From the NCBI GenBank assembly GCA_029983925.1, contig JASBYO010000002.1, forward strand, positions 5,937 through 69,936: a stretch of DNA of 64,000 nucleotides. The letters are read 5' to 3'. A model generated the notes under the pieces. The model had not been told where the DNA came from, did no database searches, and saw only the letters and a program-made list of their open reading frames with translations. Source of the DNA: Flexilinea sp. (GTDB lineage: Bacteria; Chloroflexota; Anaerolineae; Anaerolineales; Anaerolineaceae). The translations under genes were made by a program, and so were the position numbers. Shown here piece after piece: positions 1 to 7,637 of the stretch; positions within the stretch are counted from its first letter, which is position 1; every line of letters starts with the position of its first letter.

Positions 1-135
1 GCCCGGAACGGCGGACGGAGCCGGCTCCGCGTTTAGCCCGCCATATTTACTCTGTTGAGCCTGAACCGCCGCGAAGCTGGCGAACGCCGATAAAACGAGC
101 GCGAATACAACTAAAATTTTCATACCGGACCGCAT
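1..135 (-). CDS. Secreted protein, N-terminal fragment only (gene runs off the window start)
   Basis: Reverse-strand ATG at 133-135 is preceded by GGAGG with a 7-nt spacer. The frame stays open to position 1. Translation MRSGMKILVVFALVLSAFASFAAVQA/QQSKYGG looks like a signal peptide with an AxA site. Too short for the ORF track. Confidence 0.45.
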   Translation of the reverse strand, partial: MRSGMKILVVFALVLSAFASFAAVQAQQSKYGGLNAEPAPSAVPG

Positions 136-251
136 CCGAAAACCTCCTGGATAAATATTATGACTCAAAACAAAAGATAGCTACGACATCTAATTTTACA
201 CAAACTCGTAAAAAAATTCGAATTTTCATATCAAGGAATGAAATTCAAGCG

Positions 252-1979
252 CTATTCGGCGGACAGCTCCATGCTGACGATCGACTGCGGCGGGATATCG
301 AGGTTCACGCGATCCATCAGGCGGTAACGCTGCATGTCGAGCTCTTTCATCGTCGGCGGAGAAGCGGCGTTTTCAAAAAAACGGCGTACCGCACCGCCGG
401 TCCCGGCGCGGATAATTCGGGCTCTGACCGGGCGCAGATCCGGAAGATTAGCGAAATGGACGCGAGCGTAAAGCCGCTTTTTCGGATGACGGTTTTGCAG
501 AATAAGATAAACGCGCTTCCGATCCGTCGAGCGCGTCGCGCTCATCGCCGCGTCCGGGACGTCGAAAGCTTCGACCAGCCCGGGAATCCCTGCCGAACGC
601 GCCCCGGGCAGCGGTTCGTCGCGCACAACGCGCCAAGCGATTCGCGTCGCGCATTGCCGCGCCGTCAGGCGCAGCGACAGCGCGCCGATCCCTTCTTCAA
701 GCGCGCCGGCGGAATTCCGCCGCGTCAGCGCCGGCAGGTCCATCAGCTGAAGCCGGAAACTGGCGTCGCTATTCAACGCGTCCAGAACCGTCGCGTAATA
801 AAAACCGTCCGCCCGCCGATCGACCGTTTCATAACGCGCCGCATCATCCGAAGCGCGGAAATAACGCCATGACGTCAAGACGATCGGCTTGGTCAGCGGG
901 TCGGGAATATCCGAAAACAGCCGTCTCGCCAAGCGCTTCAAGCGCTCCGCACCGTAAGCGAAAATCGCCGCGCTGTCGACGTCCGACGCGTCCGTCGCCC
1001 ATCCTCCCGGCCCCGGGTAAAGCCACGAAACGCCGACATAATCAACCGCATGAACGGCAGTCGCCAACAGATTCTCAAAAAATAACATCGCTCGATCGTT
1101 CGACAACGCGCGAACGCCGTCGATCCCGCCGATCAGCGTTTTCCCGTTCCCGACCATGCGCCGGAAACGATCGGAGAGCGCCTGAATCCGTTCCGCCGCC
1201 TGATCGACTGACGCGCTGCCGCAGGATACGTCGGAAAATTCCCGGACGTCGATTTCAAGATAGACCGCCTCGAAGTCGCCCCGATCCAAACCCGGACGCA
1301 GCTTTTCGACCAGCCCGCCCAGGTCCGCGTCCGAAAAACGTTTCGCGTCAACGCGAAAATACGGGGCTGCGCCGACCGCCCGGCAGAGATCGAAATACGC
1401 CGCGGTCAACGCCTCGTTTCGCCCGATTTCGTAATCGAAGCGGAGCGTCTCGGGCTTCAACCGGCGCAGCGTCTCGACCAAACCCGAGACAGGCGTCATC
1501 CGGTTCGGATCGAGCCACGCCGGACGCTCCGGATCGGCATCGATCGACGCCAAATTAACGCCGAACCCAAGCTGCCCGCGCCGCGGCGCGGCCTCGTCGC
1601 CGTCTAACAGCAGATTGATCTCATACTCTTTACGTAAAAAATCGAAGAATGAGCGCGGACGGTCAAGCGCGGCCAGACGGTTCGGTTCCGTATCCGCGCC
1701 GATCGTGACCAGCCCCAATTCAGCCGTCCTCAGCCGGATCAGCATCCTGCCGTGAGTTCGAACCGCGCTTAGCGCCATATCGAAACTGAAAACGGCCGCT
1801 TCGTCGCGCCGCCAAGTAAACGGATAGCCTGAAGCGACGAACAATTCGCTCGTATCCGCCTCGAATTTAACCGTACCCGCAAGGACCGTCAAACGAAACA
1901 GCCGGTTGATCAGCGTCAATTCCGACGCATTCCCCGGCGCCGGTTCGTTTTTTACTTCAAAGAAATCCCCAAACTGCAA
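252..1979 (-). CDS. Hypothetical cytoplasmic protein, 575 aa (possibly glycoside-hydrolase-like; family not recognisable by eye)
   Basis: Long uninterrupted ORF. Overlapping ORFs on the other strand are Arg/Pro-rich shadows. No signal peptide and no motif I can name. Confidence 0.6.
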   Translation of the reverse strand: MQFGDFFEVKNEPAPGNASELTLINRLFRLTVLAGTVKFEADTSELFVASGYPFTWRRDEAAVFSFDMALSAVRTHGRMLIRLRTAELGLVTIGADTEPNRLAALDRPRSFFDFLRKEYEINLLLDGDEAAPRRGQLGFGVNLASIDADPERPAWLDPNRMTPVSGLVETLRRLKPETLRFDYEIGRNEALTAAYFDLCRAVGAAPYFRVDAKRFSDADLGGLVEKLRPGLDRGDFEAVYLEIDVREFSDVSCGSASVDQAAERIQALSDRFRRMVGNGKTLIGGIDGVRALSNDRAMLFFENLLATAVHAVDYVGVSWLYPGPGGWATDASDVDSAAIFAYGAERLKRLARRLFSDIPDPLTKPIVLTSWRYFRASDDAARYETVDRRADGFYYATVLDALNSDASFRLQLMDLPALTRRNSAGALEEGIGALSLRLTARQCATRIAWRVVRDEPLPGARSAGIPGLVEAFDVPDAAMSATRSTDRKRVYLILQNRHPKKRLYARVHFANLPDLRPVRARIIRAGTGGAVRRFFENAASPPTMKELDMQRYRLMDRVNLDIPPQSIVSMELSAE

Positions 1980-2067
1980 AGTTCAGCCGCCTTTCCGAAT
2001 ACTTAATTTTCCCAATTGTACTCTGACCGGGCGGCGAAAACGCGCACAAATCCTGAAGCGATGAAAG

Positions 2068-2098
2068 GGCGGGAATTTTTTTCAAAAAATCCCGCGCC
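2068..2098 (-). terminator. Candidate hairpin terminator downstream of hpf
   Basis: GCGGGA(A)TTTTTT / AAAAAATCCCGC inverted repeat between hpf and the next gene. The U-tract is weak. Confidence 0.3.
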
Positions 2099-2286
2099 TG
2101 ATCGGTTGAGAAAGAAACGAAAAAGGCGCGGCGATAAGATAAAGAAAAGAGGAGCCGCGCTCCCCTTTTCCAGGAAATCAGAACAAAAATTATTTAGAAC
2201 ATATATCGGCCAATTTTTCCGAAAAAAACCGATCTTCTTTCGAATTCGTTCGCGCTCAACCATCGCGCGCCAAGAAGATCCGGGCG

Positions 2287-2847
2287 TTACGCAATCTCCG
2301 TCTCGATCAGCCCGAACGTTCCGTCCATGCGTTTATACAGCACATTAACCGCCGCGGTATTCCCGTTATAGAAAACGAAGAAATCTTCATGCCCGAGCAG
2401 CTGCATCTGATCGAGCGCCTCCGCTTCCGTCATCGGGACCAACGCGAACTTCTTCCGCCGCACGATAACCGGTTCGTCGTCAACCGTCTCCGGTTCGATC
2501 TCCGGCGCAGCCGTATCGACAAAGACCTTTTCAAGGCGCATCCGGCCGCGCTTCCCCTTGAAACGTTCGATCTGACGCGTCATTTTATCAAACGACTTGT
2601 CGAACGCCGCCGATAATTCGTCGGCGCGCTCCTCCGTCCGAAGGATAAATCCCTTTCCGCGAATGGTAATTTGGGAAACGTAGCGATCGTCCGCATTCCG
2701 CGCCGTTTTCAAGTACGCTAAATCGATCCGAACTTCTTCGATATTCGTTAAAAATTTTTCAAATTTTTCGGTTTTGCGCGTAACATACGTTTCGATACGT
2801 TCCGAAATTTCCAAATTCTTACCGTAAATAACCGTTTTCGTTTCCAT
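2287..2847 (-). CDS. hpf: Ribosome hibernation promoting factor, long form
   Basis: 186 aa. N-terminal YfiA/HPF-like sequence (IYGKNLEISERIETYV...RIDL...) plus the C-terminal dimerisation extension (VRRKKFALVPMTEAEALDQMQLLGHEDFFVFYN) typical of long HPF. Confidence 0.9.
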   Translation of the reverse strand: METKTVIYGKNLEISERIETYVTRKTEKFEKFLTNIEEVRIDLAYLKTARNADDRYVSQITIRGKGFILRTEERADELSAAFDKSFDKMTRQIERFKGKRGRMRLEKVFVDTAAPEIEPETVDDEPVIVRRKKFALVPMTEAEALDQMQLLGHEDFFVFYNGNTAAVNVLYKRMDGTFGLIETEIA

Positions 2848-2874
2848 CCTTATCCTCCTGAAATTTAGTTTCGT

Positions 2875-3603
2875 TTAGACGCGATTTTTCGTCGCCGCGA
2901 TCGTCAGCCCGTAAACCGACCCCGCGCCCGCCTTTTTCAAAGCGCGCGCGCATTCGTTCATCGTCGTCCCGGTCGTTAAAACGTCGTCGACAACTAAAAT
3001 CGATTTTCCCTGAACCGTTATCCGCTCAGCTTCAAACGCGCCGTCGAGATTCCTCCGCCGTTCCGCCTCATTAAGCGACGATTGGCTTTCCGTCTCCCGA
3101 AGTTTCTGCAACCCGGTTGCGGAATAAGGCAACTCGGCCCGGATCGCAAACGTTCGGGCGACCCATTCCGTTTGGTTATATCCCCGCTCGTTCCGCCGTT
3201 CCCTCGAAATCGGCGTCGGAACGACCAAATCGATCGGCCATTTTTGAGTTAAGTATACAGAAAAAATTTCGTTTGCAAAGAGCAGCGACAATTCCAGTTT
3301 TCGCTTGAACTTGAACTGATGGATCGCCTCGCGGATTAAGTCTTCATAAGCGAAAGCCGAACGTACGCGCTCAAAATAAATTTTCTCAAGACGGGAACAG
3401 AGCGGGCAAACGTTATCCGCTCCAAGCGGCTTCCCGCAGCGCCGACAGACGAAGCCGGATATTCTCTCGGCGGCCGCGGCGCAATCCGCGCATAAATTCG
3501 CGCCGTGAATCCCGCAGCCCAAACAGCGCGGCGGAAAAAACCACGTCAACAGACGCCAGCCGAACGCAATCGCTTGATAAATCCTGCCGTCCGTCGTTTC
3601 CAT
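2875..3603 (-). CDS. comFC: ComF family protein (Cys-rich zinc finger plus phosphoribosyltransferase domain)
   Basis: N-terminal CxxC pairs (CLGCG, CADC, CRRCG, CPLC) and the PRTase motif VVDDVLTTGTT. The comF-hpf adjacency matches the known Bacillus arrangement. Confidence 0.85.
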   Translation of the reverse strand: METTDGRIYQAIAFGWRLLTWFFPPRCLGCGIHGANLCADCAAAAERISGFVCRRCGKPLGADNVCPLCSRLEKIYFERVRSAFAYEDLIREAIHQFKFKRKLELSLLFANEIFSVYLTQKWPIDLVVPTPISRERRNERGYNQTEWVARTFAIRAELPYSATGLQKLRETESQSSLNEAERRRNLDGAFEAERITVQGKSILVVDDVLTTGTTMNECARALKKAGAGSVYGLTIAATKNRV

Positions 3604-3617
3604 CCGTCCGCCGCAGC

Positions 3618-3767
3618 TTAAACCGGTGCGATCAAATCCTGAATGAATTTCATAATCGCCGGCCCTAAAAGCGTCAGCAGAACAAAAATCGTGACCCCGA
3701 CGATAATCAAAATCAAGACGTATTCGATAATACCCTGTCCGCGTTCCTTCGGTGAAAAAAGATCCAT
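3618..3767 (-). CDS. flp: Flp/Fap-type (type IVb, Tad) pilin precursor, 49 aa
   Basis: Translated by hand: MDLFSPKERGQGIIEYVLILIIVGVTIFVLLTLLGPAIMKFIQDLIAPV. It has the G/xxxxEY prepilin motif followed by a hydrophobic helix. GGAAAGGA RBS upstream. The stop lies 14 nt before the comFC start. Below the ORF-track cutoff. Confidence 0.6.
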   Translation of the reverse strand: MDLFSPKERGQGIIEYVLILIIVGVTIFVLLTLLGPAIMKFIQDLIAPV

Positions 3768-3976
3768 CAGCTGAAGAATTCCTTTCCGTTTGGGAAGTAG
3801 ACTTGACCGTCCCCGCGGAAGATCCGGCTTTCGCGTTTTTTCAATCCGGGAGACTGGTTAAATTGTAATAGCCTATCCGCCGATCCGCAATATTTTTCGA
3901 AAGGAAACGCGGAACGCCCGAAATAAGCCGGCATAAAAAAATCGTTATCCCGTTACAATTAATCCGGAGACGATTC

Positions 3977-4265
3977 ATGCGCGGAGAAGAATTGATTCGG
4001 GAGCGGAAAAAAGAAGAGGCCGTAGCGCGAATTGTCAGTTGGGATTTTTCGCATTTCGCCGGCAGATTCGCCGAAGAAACGGAGCGGCCTTGGGACTATC
4101 GAAGCGTCGCCGCCGGGAGCCTGACCGCGGACATGAAGCTTCTCGATATCGACACCCGGCGGCGGCGAATTTTTACGCACGTTGAGCCATCCGTCCGCGC
4201 TGACCGCCGCGACCGAAAGCCAGATTCATCGTCACCGGATCGCCGCAAGGAAAAGAACGCCATAA
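3977..4265 (+). pseudogene. Remnant of a class I SAM-dependent methyltransferase (frameshifted, 3'-truncated)
   Basis: Frame 1 gives ...WDFSHFAGRFAEETERPWDYRSVAAGSLTADMKLLDIDT. After a 1-nt slip in the C-run at 4155-4157, the next frame continues GGGEFLRTLSHPSALTAATE... (motif I LDxGxGGGE). It stops at 4265, about 95 codons in, just before gpx. Confidence 0.45.
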
Positions 4266-4306
4266 AATTCAACAACGCGGATTCAATAAAATAAGGAGAG
4301 AATGAA

Positions 4307-4852
4307 ATGAACATCTACGATTTTACCGTCCCCGCCGCAACCGGAGAAGATATCCCGCTCGAAACGTATCGCGGTAAAGTCATTCTCATTGTCAACACCG
4401 CCACCGGATGCGGATTTACGCCTCAATATCAAGCTTTAGAGGAAATGTACGAAGCGCTGCATGATAAGGGATTCGAAATCATCGATATTCCCTGCAACCA
4501 ATTCGGCGCTCAGACGCCGGGAACCGACGCCGAGATTCGGGAATTCTGCACATTGAAATATCATACGCGATTTGCGCAAATGAAAAAATCGGACGTCAAT
4601 GGGGACGACGAACTCCCGTTATATACCTTCCTTAAAGAGAAAAAAAGTTTCGAAGGATTCGGCTTTTCGCCCGCCGCGATCCTGATGAACGGTATGCTCG
4701 CCGTGTCGAGGCCGGATTATAAATCGACCGCGGATATTAAATGGAACTTTACTAAATTCGTCGTCGATCGGGAAGGCAACGTCGCCGCCCGTTTTGAACC
4801 CACCGCGGATATGCGGGAAGTCCGCAAACTCGTTGAGGAATTCGTCGGTTAA
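4307..4852 (+). CDS. gpx: Glutathione peroxidase (Cys-type)
   Basis: KVILIVNTATGCGFTPQY, CNQFG and WNFTKF motifs. The active-site residue is encoded by TGC (Cys), not TGA. AAGGAG RBS. Confidence 0.9.
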   Translation: MNIYDFTVPAATGEDIPLETYRGKVILIVNTATGCGFTPQYQALEEMYEALHDKGFEIIDIPCNQFGAQTPGTDAEIREFCTLKYHTRFAQMKKSDVNGDDELPLYTFLKEKKSFEGFGFSPAAILMNGMLAVSRPDYKSTADIKWNFTKFVVDREGNVAARFEPTADMREVRKLVEEFVG

Positions 4853-4992
4853 GCGAAGAACCGACGCGGGCGCAGCGTTTCTTCCTACCGGGAAACGACG
4901 GAAAACGAACGGCCTTTCCTAAATTTTAAATGATATAAACGCTTATCGAAATAAGGGTGATATACAGCCGCTTATTTATTGATTTTCTTCCA

Positions 4993-5020
4993 TTGTTTTT
5001 AATTATCTGAAGAATATAAT
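4993..5020 (+). promoter_or_regulatory. Candidate sigma-70 promoter for the 5095 gene
   Basis: TTGTTT (4993-4998), 16-nt spacer, perfect TATAAT (5015-5020), in an AT-rich intergenic region. Confidence 0.4.
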
Positions 5021-5094
5021 ATATCATATGGTTAATAGAAAAAGTCGCCGTCTGTATATTTACGATACGGACAATTCCCAGAAAGGATGACCAT

Positions 5095-7182
5095 ATGAAA
5101 CGAACTGTATTGATTGTCATTTTGATCGGCACGCTGATAGCCGCCGCCGCTGCCGTTTTCGCTTCGGCAAACCGCCAGGATCAAGACGACGGACGCCTCA
5201 TCCCTATTTCCGTTGACAAGGTTCCGCATGAATTTATTCAAGTCCTTGAAGAAGGAATCCTTTCCGGACGTATCTACCCGTCTTTGACGGGCAGTTATTA
5301 TTTCCGCGAGCGCTTCGAAGCGGAAACGAACGTCTTTGACCGGCAGGTTAAGCTCTTCCGCCTTTTCGATCCTGAAGTCTCCGCTCACGTCATTTTTGCA
5401 GACGTTACGTGGGAAAGCGCGGACGAAAACCCGTCGGAGCCTGACAGCAGCTGCGGATTCGTTTTTCGCGATAACGATCGCGAAGCCCACCCGAACGAAC
5501 CGGACAGCTTCATGATTTCGCAGATTGCCATGGACAGGAAAGATTACCTCTGGGGGGCGAATCGGGATACCCTCGTTAACTACGGACGGAAAGATTTTCC
5601 CGACCCAAACCCGGATCGGAAAACGCATAAACTCGCAGTTTTTGCCAACGGTTCCGATGTGTCCGTACTGTTGGACGGGGTTGAACTCCGACGTCATTTC
5701 GACGTATCCGTCGTCAATCCGGGCCAAATCTTCTACATGATCCAGTCCGGAACGAATACCGGTTTCGGCACGCGTTGCACATTCGAAAACGTCAACCTCT
5801 TCGTTCCGGATTTCCAGCCCGCACCCGTTGCAAATATTCCTCCGGGTCAACAGCTTCCGCCGATTGTGATTCCGCCGCCGGTTATCGTCGTTCCGCCGGA
5901 AGTCATTCCGACGCCCGCGCCGACAGCGACGCCGGAACCGGACGAGTGGACGCCGCCCTGGCATCAAGTCGCGACGATTTCGATCCCATGGGAAGAACTG
6001 CTCGCTACGCCGACGCCGGAACCAGACGATTGGACGCCGCCCTGGATCGAAACCGCGATCGTCGATATGCCGCCTTTCGGCGACCTGGTCAATCCGGATA
6101 TAAACTTTGACGACTTAATCTTCACGCCCACGCCGACCTGGCCTCAACTCGTCGGTCCGACGGAAACGCTCCCGCCCTTTATCTGGCCACAGTATCAATC
6201 AGGCTGGAATCCGGTTGAGAGGAGCTGTCCGGATGATCTGGAAGGAGCCTTGAAATGGGGTCACTTCGATGCGTCGGTCTGTAATTTTGCGGCGTATCCC
6301 CCGGATAAACAGGAAATCGTCGATTTCTACTGCTCGCGCACGGATGACTTTAGACAAGCCTGTTCGAAGGGAAACATCCCATACGATTTCCATAAATTCT
6401 GCATAGAGTGGGAACTGGCCGCAAAGGAAAACGGCATCCCGAACAGGGCGGAAGACTGCTTTAAGAAATTGAATTCGATGACTCATGCGCAAAATTTATA
6501 TTGCCTGATGTACGATCAGGCGTATGTTGCATGTTCATGGGACGACTCCTATCGAAATTCGAATTGTAAAAAAGTGCTTTTAGATCGGGAATCGTACGAC
6601 GGCAGCCCTGATCTGAGCATACAAACCATTTACGATCTCTGTCACGCCTGTGAACTCTATCTTGATCCGAAACAATGCTCCGCCCCTTGGTTGGATCCTC
6701 CTCCGGATTGTTACGACGTTTCGTCGCGCTGCGAGAACAATATCGACTATATGCTCTGCAATAACCTGGATATCCTAAAAATATCCGGAGCCACGGACGC
6801 TCTGATTGAAGAGATCGGAGCGTACTGTAAAGAGTATGATCTGATCAACCCGAGCGGCGGAACGACGTTGATGATGGGTCCGGGGGGAACGCAGGTTCCG
6901 AATACGGACAGTTCGAAACCCGTGCAGCCCAATCTGATGGAACCGACGCCGTACGTCTACCCGACGCCGATGCCATATCTCCCTGAACCGGTCATACCCA
7001 CTCCGTATATTCCGAGTGAGCCGAATATTCCGGACATTCCGGATATCCACTGGGATAACCCGGCTCCGACCGAAGCGCCGCCATCCGGACCCGGAGGGTT
7101 TATCGATCTCGGAGATTATATCAATCCCGGTTTCACAATTCCCGGATTCCTCTTCCCGACGTCAACGCCCGTAATAAAGTAA
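5095..7182 (+). CDS. Membrane-anchored extracellular protein: beta-sandwich-like domain, Pro-rich repeats, Cys-rich domain, Pro-rich tail
   Basis: N-terminal TM/signal anchor (LIVILIGTLIAAAAAVFASA). A duplicated TPEPD(E/D)WTPPW unit. About 22 Cys between residues ~370 and 590. C-terminal P/T/Y-rich tail. Followed by a terminator. Confidence 0.8.
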   Translation: MKRTVLIVILIGTLIAAAAAVFASANRQDQDDGRLIPISVDKVPHEFIQVLEEGILSGRIYPSLTGSYYFRERFEAETNVFDRQVKLFRLFDPEVSAHVIFADVTWESADENPSEPDSSCGFVFRDNDREAHPNEPDSFMISQIAMDRKDYLWGANRDTLVNYGRKDFPDPNPDRKTHKLAVFANGSDVSVLLDGVELRRHFDVSVVNPGQIFYMIQSGTNTGFGTRCTFENVNLFVPDFQPAPVANIPPGQQLPPIVIPPPVIVVPPEVIPTPAPTATPEPDEWTPPWHQVATISIPWEELLATPTPEPDDWTPPWIETAIVDMPPFGDLVNPDINFDDLIFTPTPTWPQLVGPTETLPPFIWPQYQSGWNPVERSCPDDLEGALKWGHFDASVCNFAAYPPDKQEIVDFYCSRTDDFRQACSKGNIPYDFHKFCIEWELAAKENGIPNRAEDCFKKLNSMTHAQNLYCLMYDQAYVACSWDDSYRNSNCKKVLLDRESYDGSPDLSIQTIYDLCHACELYLDPKQCSAPWLDPPPDCYDVSSRCENNIDYMLCNNLDILKISGATDALIEEIGAYCKEYDLINPSGGTTLMMGPGGTQVPNTDSSKPVQPNLMEPTPYVYPTPMPYLPEPVIPTPYIPSEPNIPDIPDIHWDNPAPTEAPPSGPGGFIDLGDYINPGFTIPGFLFPTSTPVIK
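5929..6045 (+). repeat. Two copies of a 33-nt unit, 84 nt apart, inside the 5095 CDS
   Basis: 5929-5961 acgccggaaccggacgagtggacgccgccctgg versus 6013-6045 acgccggaaccagacgattggacgccgccctgg (2 mismatches). Encodes TPEPDEWTPPW / TPEPDDWTPPW. Confidence 0.85.
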
Positions 7183-7213
7183 CGAGCCGCAAGGGAAGTT
7201 AATGTAACTCAAC

Positions 7214-7245
7214 AAAAAATCTTGCTAAAAGCAGGATTTTTTGTT
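7214..7245 (+). terminator. Rho-independent terminator of the 5095-7182 gene
   Basis: Stem ATCTTGC / GCAGGAT (one G-U pair), loop TAAAA, followed by a T-run. Confidence 0.6.
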
Positions 7246-7335
7246 ATTCGCGCGGAAGGCCGATTTACGTTTTGCCTCGCCCTCGCGGGTTTATCCTCGT
7301 CGGGGAATTCGAATCCATCCTCATATCTTTCGGCA

Positions 7336-7366
7336 TAATAAAAAGAAAACCCGAGATTGGGTTTTC
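7336..7366 (-). terminator. Rho-independent terminator downstream of tRNA-Ser
   Basis: Perfect 8-bp stem GAAAACCC / GGGTTTTC, followed on the minus strand by TTTTTATT. Confidence 0.7.
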
Positions 7367-7375
7367 TTTTTACTG

Positions 7376-7461
7376 CGGAGAGAGTGGGATTCGAACCCAC
7401 GATACCTTTCAGTATACGCGCTTTCCAGGCGCGCGCGTTAGGCCAACTACGCTATCTCTCC
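7376..7461 (-). tRNA. tRNA-Ser (anticodon GGA), class II with long variable arm
   Basis: Hand-folded cloverleaf. Acceptor GGAGAGA/TCTCTCC. Anticodon stem CGCGC/GCGCG with loop CTGGAAA. Variable arm TATACTGAAAGGTATC. T-arm GTGGG-TTCGAAT-CCCAC. CCA is not encoded. Confidence 0.9.
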
Positions 7462-7538
7462 TGAATCGACCAGTTCGATTATATCATAATCAATCCGAGG
7501 CGCAAAAAACCGCAGCGAAATCAAGGTTTCGATTCCTT

Positions 7539-7567
7539 GGGATCCGTTTTTTGCTGAAACGGATCCC
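7539..7567 (-). terminator. Strong hairpin downstream of the hydrolase gene (possible terminator)
   Basis: Perfect 11-bp stem GGGATCCGTTT / AAACGGATCCC with a 7-nt loop. No clear U-tract. Confidence 0.35.
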
Positions 7568-7637
7568 GGCGGCGAGCTTATTTAAGCATAACGATCCGGC
7601 GTCTTTTATCCGCATAAAGCCGTTACGAGCCTTTCCG

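Noticed and set aside
4307-4852. Selenocysteine-containing glutathione peroxidase
   Set aside because: The active-site codon is TGC (Cys) in ...NTATGCGFT.... There is no in-frame TGA and no SECIS-like need.
5032-5967. 311-aa minus-strand ORF antisense to the 5095-7182 gene. Similar long antisense or out-of-frame ORFs: 10387-10893, 11561-12358, 13412-14065, 14802-15734, 24431-25285, 46276-46797, 50352-51263, 51297-51914, 53339-53860, 57753-58700.
   Set aside because: All lie fully inside stronger, motif-bearing genes on the other strand or in another frame. Their Arg/Pro/Gly-rich or repetitive composition is typical of shadow ORFs in GC-rich coding DNA. None has a recognisable motif or RBS.
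7183-7637. tRNA-Ser as an integration hotspot or genomic-island border
   Set aside because: No integrase, no direct repeat of the tRNA 3' end and no compositional shift are visible on either side. The flanking elements are ordinary terminators.
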